NCBI GenBank assembly: GCA_041658665.1
Contig: JBAZZR010000001.1
Location: 64,576 to 128,575, forward strand
Source of the DNA: Patescibacteria group bacterium
Lineage (GTDB): Bacteria; Patescibacteriota; Patescibacteriia; Patescibacteriales; UBA12465
Reading direction: 5' to 3'
Length of the DNA: 64,000 nucleotides
The notes under the pieces were generated by a model. It saw only the letters and a list, made by a program, of their open reading frames with translations, was not told where the DNA came from and ran no database searches. Shown piece by piece: positions 1 through 8,654 of this stretch. How positions within the stretch are numbered: the stretch's first letter is position 1; each line of letters starts with the position of its first letter. Both the position numbers and the translations under genes were made by a program.

Positions 1-63
1 GGTGCTTACAGACTAGCGGAACGCTGGTTCTTTAAAAACTATAGAACATAGGAGAAATAAAAA

Positions 64-1053
64 ATGAAAGCAAATTCATTTAAGAATCAAGGATTACTTA
101 AGCAGTATCCTTTCGTGTCGAATGTGTTGTCGTCTCAAATGGAACCATTTGACGGTGATGGTGGCGTGAATGTTGATGACTTAACCATTCGCATCGAAAA
201 AGCTGACGGAGATTTAATGTACCGTCGGGCTGATAATGTTGGTCTTGGTGATGGTTCCTGTATTTTTCAGATGAAAGGGAATCGCAAAGATCAAATAATG
301 CGACGCGGCGAGTATCTCTTTGCCATTGATGATCAAGGTAAAATTATTAATCGTGTAGATTGGCCACGGAATGACCATGAGAAAAATGCGATTGGTAGTA
401 ATATTTATGGCAACGCAATACTCTGGAAAACCAGAGACAGAACAAATTATTCCGATCCGGTTTGGGATGAAGTCGAATATTTAGTTTGGGCTACAGTTGA
501 AGCATGGCATAAAGATACTAAAAACGACAATATATCTGAAAGATTTGGAGAATTATGCGATCGCTCGGTACACATTACTATTTATCTTAAACCAGATTGT
601 GGGTTTGAGAAGCTCAGCAGGCAATCTTGTATTGAAGACAACCTTTGTCTGGATAGTAAAATATTTATGCAAGCAGTCTTTGATAATAATCGTGATATTA
701 TGATTATCAGTGGTCGGTTAGACGAACTCTGCCAGCTGTTTCAGGATAATGTTTATTTTAATGGTATGAAACATATCATGGATCAAAATAATAGTCGTGG
801 TATGTCCGGACAATTTGGTGTGGTCAAAGTCCTTTGTGCGGAAATATGCGGATATGATCGAGTTATGCTTGAGGATGCCATGAGTTGGATCAGTTTTCAA
901 CTAAGGCCTGAATCTGCAAGAATGTATGTTTTAGGGATGAACGGAACATTACCTCAACTTCGTAAGCTTGTTAAGAATGTAGTTGAAATATGGAATGAAA
1001 AACTTGAGTGCCGTGCTAATTTCGTACCGGATAGAAATGTTTCCATATTGTAA
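64..1053 (+). CDS. hypothetical protein (329 aa), no recognisable motif
   Basis: Long uninterrupted ORF. GGAGA ribosome-binding site at 51-55, 8 nt upstream of the ATG. Followed by a hairpin plus T8 terminator. The internal ORFs 497..703 and 718..900 are shadow frames. Confidence 0.6.
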   Translation: MKANSFKNQGLLKQYPFVSNVLSSQMEPFDGDGGVNVDDLTIRIEKADGDLMYRRADNVGLGDGSCIFQMKGNRKDQIMRRGEYLFAIDDQGKIINRVDWPRNDHEKNAIGSNIYGNAILWKTRDRTNYSDPVWDEVEYLVWATVEAWHKDTKNDNISERFGELCDRSVHITIYLKPDCGFEKLSRQSCIEDNLCLDSKIFMQAVFDNNRDIMIISGRLDELCQLFQDNVYFNGMKHIMDQNNSRGMSGQFGVVKVLCAEICGYDRVMLEDAMSWISFQLRPESARMYVLGMNGTLPQLRKLVKNVVEIWNEKLECRANFVPDRNVSIL

Positions 1054-1075
1054 TTTAAATAATCGTAAAGTATTT

Positions 1076-1109
1076 CGGGGGATCGCTATTTAGGATCCTC
1101 CTTTTTTTT
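1076..1109 (+). terminator. intrinsic terminator after ORF 64..1053
   Basis: GGGGATC ... GATCCTC stem followed by TTTTTTTT. Confidence 0.6.
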
Positions 1110-1171
1110 GGCCGCCAGAAGGATGGTTATAAAAATAATTGGGGTTTTGAAGCTTGGCGGGAGTATGATGA

Positions 1172-1200
1172 TTGACAATCGTCTAACAATCGTCTATTAT
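1172..1200 (+). promoter_or_regulatory. sigma70-type promoter of the fic gene with an embedded tandem repeat
   Basis: TTGACA (1172-1177), a 17-nt spacer and TATTAT (1195-1200). The ATG at 1211 implies a leader of only a few nt. ACAATCGTCTA is repeated in tandem at 1175-1185 and 1186-1196. Confidence 0.6.
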
Positions 1201-1210
1201 ATAGCTATAT

Positions 1211-2239
1211 ATGTTTAATCCAAAATACACAATTTCTAATAAATTATTAGCTAATATTAAAAAGATTAGTGAAATTATTACTGAGCTTAATAGCCGTAAT
1301 TTTTCGAATATAGTTTTATTGGACATGGAAAGACGGGCTCGTGAAATATCAGCATATTCATCGACGAGTATTGAGGGTAATCCTTTACCTTTAACAGATG
1401 TAAAAAGAATCTTGAAGAATAAACCGGAAAATGTTCGTGATAGTGAAAAAGAAATTTTAAATTATAATAAAGCACTAATCGAATTAGACGCCCTGCTGAA
1501 GTCGCGCCGAGAAACATTTAATATTAAACTAATATTGCAGATTCAAAAGACGATTACCAAAGGTTTAATTAGGAACTATCGTTGCGGCAAAATTCGTCAA
1601 GAGCCGGTTTTTGTAAATAATCCAAAGACGCGTCAAACTGTTTACTTGCCACCCGATTACCAGGAAGTAAATAAATTATTAGTTGAGTTATTTTATTATC
1701 TTAATAAAAGTAAGAATATAGTCGACCCCTTGATTTTAGCTGGCATTTTTCATAAACAATTTGTAATTATTCATCCTTTTGTTGACGGTAATGGGCGGAC
1801 AGCCAGATTGGCCACTAAAGCATTATTGGCTAAAATGGGGCTCAATACTTTTTATCTTTTTAGTTTTGAAAATTATTATAACCAAAACGTCAGTCGTTAT
1901 TTTCAGGAAGTTGGTGCTATGGGAAATTATTATGACATTAAGGATCAACTCGATTTTACTTCTTGGTTGGAATATTTTACTGATGGCATAATCGATGAGC
2001 TTTTGCGAGTTATTAAAGAGTTGGAAAAAGAAAAGAATTCTCCCGAAAAAGACCTAAAAGAATATCATCGAAAATTAATCGCCTATATAAAGAAAAAAGG
2101 TTATGTTACCGACAAAGATTATTCCGGGTTGACCGAGCGTGCTAAACCAACTAGAAATTTAGATTTTAGAAAATTGATAGCCCTAGGAATAATCGAAAAA
2201 GTTGGTAAAGGGAAAGCGACTTATTATAGGTTAAAATAA
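1211..2239 (+). CDS. fic: Fic/Fido-domain protein (AMPylase family) with C-terminal winged-helix region
   Basis: Canonical Fic motif HPFVDGNGRTARL. N-terminal STSIEGN matches the (S/T)xxxE(G/N) inhibitory helix. The C-terminal KGKATYYRL region looks like a wHTH. Confidence 0.9.
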   Translation: MFNPKYTISNKLLANIKKISEIITELNSRNFSNIVLLDMERRAREISAYSSTSIEGNPLPLTDVKRILKNKPENVRDSEKEILNYNKALIELDALLKSRRETFNIKLILQIQKTITKGLIRNYRCGKIRQEPVFVNNPKTRQTVYLPPDYQEVNKLLVELFYYLNKSKNIVDPLILAGIFHKQFVIIHPFVDGNGRTARLATKALLAKMGLNTFYLFSFENYYNQNVSRYFQEVGAMGNYYDIKDQLDFTSWLEYFTDGIIDELLRVIKELEKEKNSPEKDLKEYHRKLIAYIKKKGYVTDKDYSGLTERAKPTRNLDFRKLIALGIIEKVGKGKATYYRLK

Positions 2240-2260
2240 ATTTGAAATAACTCAAATTTT

Positions 2261-4117
2261 ATGAAGTTCATAAAAAATGAAAAGATTAATAAGGTAATCA
2301 CTAAACAGTACTCCTATGATTTTACGCTTTCGGAGAATGGGATATATTTAATCGAAATAATTGCGAGTGCTAAAAGCTGGTGGCAGAATTTAAAATCACG
2401 TCGCGCCTTTTTTAAAGATGACGACGTATTTTTATATTTGGATAACCAAGAGTTGTCCACTTCGCAGTATATAAAGAAAGATGCCCGCTCAGCTTGGAAC
2501 GGGAATGAACTAAGTGGACTAGAAAAAACCGTTATTATCGCCGCGGATTTAAGAAAAGGAGAGCACATTATTGATTTGAAGCCCGATCAAAAGCCTTATC
2601 TAAAAACTATTACAATTTCGAAAGTCGAAGAAAAAGATTCGATATTGTATGTCCCTGTGGTTAATAACCCGGCGCAAAAAAGTGAGGGGCGCCCTTGGTT
2701 AAGCTATATTGTTTTAGACCAGTTTATTACAAAATTATCAGTTACGGCAAAAGCGAATAAAAACGGACGGGACGATGATGATGTAAAATTACTGATTAAT
2801 GGTGAAATCCAAAAGAATGAAAATTCTAAATCGCATCGGGATTGGTATTGGTGTGGGAAGATTTTAAAAGGAAATGATAAGACTTTTGTTAAAGACATTA
2901 ATTTAAAAACCAAACAATTTAATATTGATTTGTATTCTGATGAAGCTCCTTTCCTTCGTAATATAGAAATAGGCATAAAATCAGAGCAAACAACAAGAAT
3001 CCCGACTGTTGATGATCCGCTTTGGACCGGGAATTTTAGGGATGATATGGAACAAATGATTTTAGCGAGAGCAATTTTTGGCGAGGGAAGGAGTCTCCCG
3101 GATGAAGGAAAAATTGCGATCGCTTGGTCCATAAGAAATCGTGTTGAAGATGATAGATGGTCCAATAATTATCATGATGTAATTTTGCAAAAAAATCAGT
3201 TTAGCGCGTTTAGAGAAGTTGATCCCAATTGGAAATATGTGAAGGACCCTTTTTACAAGATTAATCCGAAACAATTGGCAGCTTGGGAAAAGTGCTACAA
3301 AATTGCCGGCTCAGTTCTATCAGGAAAAATAAAAGACCCGACGGGCGGCGTAAACCATTATTTTTCTGATTATATTGATTATCCAAATTGGACTACAAGC
3401 AAGAACGCTAAATTTATAATGAAAATAGGCAATACTTTATTTTATAATTTAAAAAAAGAAAGCAAGGGTGGTTTTATTAGAATAAAATATTTAATACTTG
3501 CTTTGCTTATTATTTTGATCGGTCTCGGTATATATTTGGCAATTTTATGGCAGTTTGGAGACCAAGAAATAGAACAAATTTGCGAGGCAAAAGAAGGAAA
3601 ATCAATAGAAGACGTCAATGGTTCCATTGAAGAGAATACTGGCGGGTTGTACGGATATTATCATCATGTTTATATAAATCCCAAAAAATCGGAAGTAGAG
3701 CGAATTTTCTTTGATCAGGACGGGCGGTTCTCTGAACTCAAACGTTTGACTAACGACGGTTATTATAAATATGATCTAAAATTATTTTCGTCTGATAGTT
3801 TTCGTTTTGGATACTTTCAGGATTTACATAAGGCCGATGAAGATTTTGATGAAAATAACGATAAACAAAGAGAGGAATATTATAAAAATTACACGTCTTT
3901 AATAATAAACCCGGGGTATGGTTCAACACCTATTGAAGTTTATCGGGGCAATGATCACACCTCTTCCTGGGAATGGGAAGATATTGATCATGCAAAAGTA
4001 TATAATAATTGCGGAACCTGTTGCCGCTATTACTATTTAATAAATATTAATACTCAGAAAATTGAAGAAGAAGGGCATCTTGAGGCAGAAGAGACCGCTT
4101 GTATGCAAATCAACTAA
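2261..4117 (+). CDS. membrane protein with central SleB/CwlJ-type cell-wall hydrolase domain
   Basis: ILARAIFGEGRS...IAIAWSIRNRV...QKNQFSAF...NHYFS resembles the Hydrolase_2 (SleB) family. One TM helix (YLILALLIILIGLGIYLAILW). Cys-containing C-terminal tail. Confidence 0.7.
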   Translation: MKFIKNEKINKVITKQYSYDFTLSENGIYLIEIIASAKSWWQNLKSRRAFFKDDDVFLYLDNQELSTSQYIKKDARSAWNGNELSGLEKTVIIAADLRKGEHIIDLKPDQKPYLKTITISKVEEKDSILYVPVVNNPAQKSEGRPWLSYIVLDQFITKLSVTAKANKNGRDDDDVKLLINGEIQKNENSKSHRDWYWCGKILKGNDKTFVKDINLKTKQFNIDLYSDEAPFLRNIEIGIKSEQTTRIPTVDDPLWTGNFRDDMEQMILARAIFGEGRSLPDEGKIAIAWSIRNRVEDDRWSNNYHDVILQKNQFSAFREVDPNWKYVKDPFYKINPKQLAAWEKCYKIAGSVLSGKIKDPTGGVNHYFSDYIDYPNWTTSKNAKFIMKIGNTLFYNLKKESKGGFIRIKYLILALLIILIGLGIYLAILWQFGDQEIEQICEAKEGKSIEDVNGSIEENTGGLYGYYHHVYINPKKSEVERIFFDQDGRFSELKRLTNDGYYKYDLKLFSSDSFRFGYFQDLHKADEDFDENNDKQREEYYKNYTSLIINPGYGSTPIEVYRGNDHTSSWEWEDIDHAKVYNNCGTCCRYYYLININTQKIEEEGHLEAEETACMQIN

Positions 4118-4157
4118 AACAAACAATCACCCAAATAAATTTGGGTGATTGTTTGTT
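4118..4157. terminator. 17-bp perfect hairpin between convergent gene ends (probable bidirectional terminator)
   Basis: AACAAACAATCACCCAA / TTGGGTGATTGTTTGTT arms with a 6-nt loop. It lies between the stop codon at 4117 and the tRNA 3' end at 4160. Confidence 0.5.
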
Positions 4158-4159
4158 AG

Positions 4160-4234
4160 TGGACCCCAAGGGATTCGAACCCTTGACCCCCTGCTTGCAA
4201 AGCAGGTGCTCTAACCAGACTGAGCTAGGGGCCC
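4160..4234 (-). tRNA. tRNA-Ala (anticodon UGC)
   Basis: The reverse complement folds as a cloverleaf. Acceptor GGGCCCC/GGGGTCC includes G3:U70. Anticodon loop is TTTGCAA. T-arm is AAGGG-TTCGAAT-CCCTT. No CCA is encoded. Confidence 0.95.
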
Positions 4235-4294
4235 TCTTAATATAATTTTAAGTCTAAAAAAATATTAAATGATATTTTATATTTTAGCAAGTTA

Positions 4295-4549
4295 TTATTT
4301 AGGCGTGTAGCGCGTGAATGGACTAGTAATCCAAAACATGAAAGATTCGCCATTACCGGTTATAGCGATTAAGCCGATTATTAAGAAAATTAAGCCGACT
4401 AATTTATAACCGAAACGAGAGCCCCCTTCGACTCCGAGTTTATCCTCGAACCAGGCTATTCGCCCAAAGTTATTAAGAAACCATTCGGTTTTTATAACGA
4501 GAAAGCCGCCAGTCGTTAGGGCTAATAAGCCGATGATGATGTACCACAT
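4295..4549 (-). CDS. small membrane protein (84 aa, two or three predicted TM helices)
   Basis: Hydrophobic segments IIIGLLALTTGGFLVI and LVGLIFLIIGLIAI. The ORF is isolated with no overlap. Confidence 0.5.
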   Translation of the reverse strand: MWYIIIGLLALTTGGFLVIKTEWFLNNFGRIAWFEDKLGVEGGSRFGYKLVGLIFLIIGLIAITGNGESFMFWITSPFTRYTPK

Positions 4550-4575
4550 ATTATCTTAATATTATTTTAGATAGT

Positions 4576-5619
4576 TTATCTTGTATAATTAAGCGGGTTA
4601 TATCTAACACCATTAATTAATATTTCAAAATGGAGATGCGACCCAGTCGAGCGACCAGTCGACCCCATCGTGGCGATATTTTCTCCTTTTTCTACTTCCT
4701 GGCCTACTCGGACGAACAGTTTTGAAGCGTGGCCATAACGGGTTTTCTTGCCGCCACCGTGATTTATGACAATAGTATTGCCATAACCGCCATTGTAGCC
4801 GCCACGGGCGATTTCAACCACCCCTGAATCAGCCGCGTAAATCGGCGTACCAACTTTATTAGCAATATCGACACCGTTATGGCGCCAGGAGAAATATTGG
4901 GTAATTCGATAGCCGACGGTCGGCCAAGTCATCTTCCCGCCGCTTGTTTTCGCCGCTGGGGCTTTGATTAAATCGCGGATAGCAGATAAGCCGGTGTAAC
5001 TATTAGAGCGGCTACTAGCAGGTATGGCTTCGCTAATTTTTTTGGCTCCGGGAACAACGATTTTTTCGCCGATTTTCAAACTAGTGCCTAAATTATTACA
5101 AGCTAATATTTTATTAGTATCAACGCCGTAGCGTTTAGCAATTTTAGATAGGGTATCCCCGGATTTAACCGTGTATAAAATACCGCTATAAGGTAGAATA
5201 GTTAATTTGTCCCCCGCCCGGATGCGGCCCAGAGAGTTAAGGTTGTTTGCCCAAAGAATTGTATTAATAGTAAGACCAAAACGACTAGCAATCGAACTAA
5301 TCGTATCGCCGTTTTGGACAAGATAATAAATTATGGCGGTCCGCTGGGATAAGACAGTATTTTCTCCCGTCTCTTCGGTCGTCTCGGTAATAATTGGTTT
5401 AAAAACCAAATCCCCAGTATCGCTGAAAGTTAAAAGACTTTCTTCTTCACTCGCTTGTTCGCTGTTGCTACTCACTAAATTATTTTGTTTATCTAAAGTA
5501 CAAGAGTCGTCTAAATATTTTTCCTTATCAGGAAGGAGGAAATTATTTAAATTAGAAGTTTCTTCTATTAATTGTGCGTCCGGCAAAGCGCCAAATTCGG
5601 CTGGCACTAAATTCGCCAT
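4576..5619 (-). CDS. LysM-repeat M23 family metallopeptidase (peptidoglycan endopeptidase)
   Basis: Two LysM repeats (YLVQNGDTISSIASRFG, YTVKSGDTLSKIAKRYG). M23 motifs HNGVDI and GSTGRSTGSHLHFE. The true N-terminus may lie upstream (see findings). Confidence 0.9.
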   Translation of the reverse strand: MANLVPAEFGALPDAQLIEETSNLNNFLLPDKEKYLDDSCTLDKQNNLVSSNSEQASEEESLLTFSDTGDLVFKPIITETTEETGENTVLSQRTAIIYYLVQNGDTISSIASRFGLTINTILWANNLNSLGRIRAGDKLTILPYSGILYTVKSGDTLSKIAKRYGVDTNKILACNNLGTSLKIGEKIVVPGAKKISEAIPASSRSNSYTGLSAIRDLIKAPAAKTSGGKMTWPTVGYRITQYFSWRHNGVDIANKVGTPIYAADSGVVEIARGGYNGGYGNTIVINHGGGKKTRYGHASKLFVRVGQEVEKGENIATMGSTGRSTGSHLHFEILINGVRYNPLNYTR

Positions 5620-6071
5620 GATAGTTTGAGAAATTTTCGCCTCCCGGTCGCCTGGCTGATCAGGACTAACTAAATTTTTTAAAATAAAACCTAAGCTGAG
5701 GAGGATAATAAATAAATAGGCTAATTGGTTACGAAGCAGTTCCTGGGAGGCGCGGCTAGTTAAGTCGCTTTTTTTGAGACGGAATACCCCATAGTATATT
5801 TTAGCTAATAATTTAAAAATTAGGTTGCCAAACAGAAAACGAAAAAACCCGGCATTTAGTCGGAATAATTTAATTGATAAGCGCCCCAGAAAGTTTAGTG
5901 ATTTTATTGTTAAGAGACCCGCTTCTACGCTTATTTTTTTGAATTGTTGCTTAATTGGTTCTCCAATATGATTGTCGATTAAGCTCTAGATTATACTATC
6001 ATTTTTAAACTTTTATCGTCAATTTTATCAATTCGCTTTTTTTTGCTTTTATTGAGCGCAGAAAAATATTA

Positions 6072-6080
6072 TGGTATAAT
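6072..6080 (+). promoter_or_regulatory. extended -10 promoter element TGGTATAAT upstream of gpmA
   Basis: TGnTATAAT match about 67 nt upstream of the ATG at 6147. Confidence 0.45.
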
Positions 6081-6146
6081 TTAAGATAGTTGTTTGGGTA
6101 TTTATTAGAGGAATAGCCATTTTATTAAGAGAAAAATTAATGAATT

Positions 6147-6896
6147 ATGTATAAAATTATTTTAATTAGACACGGCGAAAGCCTTTGGAATAAAAAAGGT
6201 TTATTTACCGGTTGGACGGACGTTAATTTAAGCTCGCAGGGAGTTAGGGAGGCTCAAGCGGCCGGTCGAGTGATCAAAAAAAATAAGCTGAGTTTTGATT
6301 TAGCCTTCACTTCTTTGTTAAAGAGAGCCACACGGACTCTTAAAATAGTCTTAGACGAACTTCAGCAGCCAAAAATTCCAGTAATTGTTGATTGGCGTTT
6401 GAATGAGCGGCATTATGGAAATTTACAGGGTTTAAATAAGCAACAAATGGTTGAAAAATTTGATGAGAAACAAGTTTTGATTTGGCGGCGCAGTTATGAT
6501 GTTCGGCCGCCGAAAATTGAAGCGACTAATAAATATAATCAGAAAAAAGAAGCGCGTTATCAGAATATCCCCGTTCCCGAAGCGGAAAGTTTAAAAGACG
6601 TAGTCGCCCGAGTCATTCCGTTTTGGCGAGAGAAGGTCGTGCCCGAAATAAAAAACGGTAAAAAAATAATAATTGCGGCTAGCGGTAATAGTCTAAGAGC
6701 TTTAATTAAGTATTTAGATAAGGTTTCTAAACAGGCGATAGTCGACTTAAATATCCCGACGGGCATTCCCTTGGTTTATGAATTAGACGCTAAGCTTCGG
6801 CCGATAAAACATTATTATTTAGCTGACCAAAAGAAATTGCAAGCGGCCATTGAGGCCGTTAAGAAGCAGGGGAATAAGGTGATAGGGAATAAATAA
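6147..6896 (+). CDS. gpmA: 2,3-bisphosphoglycerate-dependent phosphoglycerate mutase
   Basis: N-terminal LIRHGESLWNKKGLFTGWTDV (RHGE catalytic His motif), ERHYG, and overall dPGM length. Confidence 0.9.
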   Translation: MYKIILIRHGESLWNKKGLFTGWTDVNLSSQGVREAQAAGRVIKKNKLSFDLAFTSLLKRATRTLKIVLDELQQPKIPVIVDWRLNERHYGNLQGLNKQQMVEKFDEKQVLIWRRSYDVRPPKIEATNKYNQKKEARYQNIPVPEAESLKDVVARVIPFWREKVVPEIKNGKKIIIAASGNSLRALIKYLDKVSKQAIVDLNIPTGIPLVYELDAKLRPIKHYYLADQKKLQAAIEAVKKQGNKVIGNK

Positions 6897-6911
6897 CTAA
6901 TATTAGATATA

Positions 6912-6942
6912 AATACCTCATATTAATTATAGGTATTTTTTT
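6912..6942 (+). terminator. intrinsic terminator after gpmA
   Basis: AATACCT / AGGTATT stem followed by a T-run. Confidence 0.55.
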
Positions 6943-6958
6943 GATTGTTTTGTAAATA

Positions 6959-6987
6959 TTGACGTTGGGTTATCAATATACCATAAT
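6959..6987 (+). promoter_or_regulatory. sigma70-type promoter upstream of ORF 7037
   Basis: TTGACG, a 17-nt spacer and CATAAT. Confidence 0.45.
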
Positions 6988-7036
6988 TAATCATTAATCT
7001 AATTAATAGTTTTTTTCAAAACAAAAGGAGACAGTC

Positions 7037-7465
7037 ATGTACAAGCGTATTTTAATAGTGGTTTTTGTCGGAATTTTTTCTCTTATCGTATCAGCCCAAG
7101 CTAGATTCGTTGAAGATATCAGCGATTCAGCTGATATTGAAAAAGATTGTCTGGTTAAGATGATTTTTAGAGACTCCGGAGTAATATCCGCTCAGATGTC
7201 ACAATTTTCTGTGCCTGGTCACAAAATAAAGGAAGTTCGAATTTATTCGGACGATGGGAAAGGATATTTTGAATCTATTGCGATTATAGATCCGGGTTAT
7301 TCAGATATATCGTCCCGGGTCCAATCTCAGCTTTTGAACTTTTCTACTAGGGAATATCACGGGAGAAGATTCACGGAATTTCAGGATCGCGTTTCTTTAA
7401 ATTCGATGGTCCGACAACATTTAAAAAAAGGAGAGAACATTGAAATTGAGTTCTACCTTAAATAA
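7037..7465 (+). CDS. hypothetical secreted protein (142 aa)
   Basis: N-terminal signal-like segment ILIVVFVGIFSLIVSAQA. Strong GGAGA ribosome-binding site 6 nt upstream of the ATG. Confidence 0.55.
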   Translation: MYKRILIVVFVGIFSLIVSAQARFVEDISDSADIEKDCLVKMIFRDSGVISAQMSQFSVPGHKIKEVRIYSDDGKGYFESIAIIDPGYSDISSRVQSQLLNFSTREYHGRRFTEFQDRVSLNSMVRQHLKKGENIEIEFYLK

Positions 7466-7526
7466 AAGAATTCCCGACCAAAGAAAGCCCGATCAGTTTT
7501 AATCCTTCTGATCGGAAAAAACAAAA

Positions 7527-7556
7527 AAAGCTCGATAATAGTCGAGCTTTTTCTTT
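7527..7556. terminator. bidirectional intrinsic terminator
   Basis: AAAGCTCGA / TCGAGCTTT stem flanked by an A-run upstream and a T-run downstream. It serves the convergent genes 7037..7465 (+) and 7606..8517 (-). Confidence 0.7.
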
Positions 7557-7605
7557 AAATTTAGATTAAGTTTTAGCTGATCGCTAGGACGAATATTTTT
7601 TAAGA

Positions 7606-8517
7606 CTATTGAACAATAATTGGGAATGATTTTTTACTGCCATAAGCCTTCGGACCCTCTTGGCAGAATTTTTTAATATTTTTTTTAAAATAAGGCGTTT
7701 TAGATTCTTGGATTTTACCGATTAAATAATAACTTAGCGCCATAATTAGCGCTGGTCCGATTTTTTTTGGCAATTTAATTTCCCAGCGATTTTTCTGAGC
7801 CCCGAAATATTTATTTTCTCCGAAGCTGATTATTAATTCCTTATCCCAGTTATTGACGAATTTCGCATGGCGCGCTTCGCCAAAGCTAAAGGCGCGTAAT
7901 GATAAATAGGGGCCGAATAACTCATTCCTCTTTATTTCTAACATCGGGGCGACTGGGCCGAATTTATCCGGCAAGATAAAAGAATAAGCCGAATAATTTT
8001 TAAAATTATTAGGTAGTTTCAAACTTTGAATATATTTTTTAATCGTCGCCGTTTTTTCGCCGCTGGCGCCGAGAATCATCCCCAAATAGGTCGAAGTATT
8101 ATAAGTATAAGGTTCAGGTAATTTTTGATAGGTTAATACTTCGTCAGCAATTTTAGCAGCGCGGGAATTAGCGTTACAGGTTAAAAGCGTAGTTTTTAGA
8201 CCGCTTTTCTTCGCTAATTTTATTTCCCAAATTGAATCTTTTTCGCCCGAAGCCGAAATAATTATCGCTTGAGTAAGGTTTTTATTTTTTATCAGCGGTT
8301 GATAGCTTCTGAGGATATTTTTAAAATTACTTTCATTGGCGACTACGGCCGGTCGGTCACTAAAAATTAGTAGGCCGGTATTATAGGCATTACCGCTGCC
8401 GACGATAATTGGAAAAGAAAATTTTTTTAAATTTAAGCGGGGCGGTTGATTAAGGCTAAAGAAATCTAAGGCCGCTAAAACGCTTTCATCGAGATTGGCT
8501 AATTTTAGAGTTTTCAT
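7606..8517 (-). CDS. SIS-domain sugar isomerase-like protein (possibly bifunctional phosphoglucose/phosphomannose isomerase)
   Basis: SIS-like segments IIVGSGNAYNTG and AIIISASGEKDS with about 300 aa length. The family call is tentative. Confidence 0.45.
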   Translation of the reverse strand: MKTLKLANLDESVLAALDFFSLNQPPRLNLKKFSFPIIVGSGNAYNTGLLIFSDRPAVVANESNFKNILRSYQPLIKNKNLTQAIIISASGEKDSIWEIKLAKKSGLKTTLLTCNANSRAAKIADEVLTYQKLPEPYTYNTSTYLGMILGASGEKTATIKKYIQSLKLPNNFKNYSAYSFILPDKFGPVAPMLEIKRNELFGPYLSLRAFSFGEARHAKFVNNWDKELIISFGENKYFGAQKNRWEIKLPKKIGPALIMALSYYLIGKIQESKTPYFKKNIKKFCQEGPKAYGSKKSFPIIVQ

Positions 8518-8654
8518 AGAATATTTTTTTCGGCGTTTTTACTTTATTTTTCGCCTATTTTCATTATAATCTATCTTGATTTTTATTTCAATTTAGCCTA
8601 TGATGGGGGTATAATTTGTAACTAGTGAAGTTTGAAAATATTAAACTAAATTTT

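Noticed and set aside
2704-3165. This is a 153-aa antisense ORF inside the SleB-domain gene. Similar embedded or antisense ORFs are 497..703, 718..900, 1287..1517, 1779..1991, 2314..2568, 3062..3274, 3442..3627, 5333..5629, 6560..6766, 16139..16345, 18266..18514, 18786..19007, 22262..22528, 23098..23346, 24320..24538 and 24968..25180.
   Set aside because: All lie entirely within longer ORFs that have recognisable domains or better start contexts. They have low-complexity or odd composition and no ribosome-binding site, so I treat them as shadow frames.
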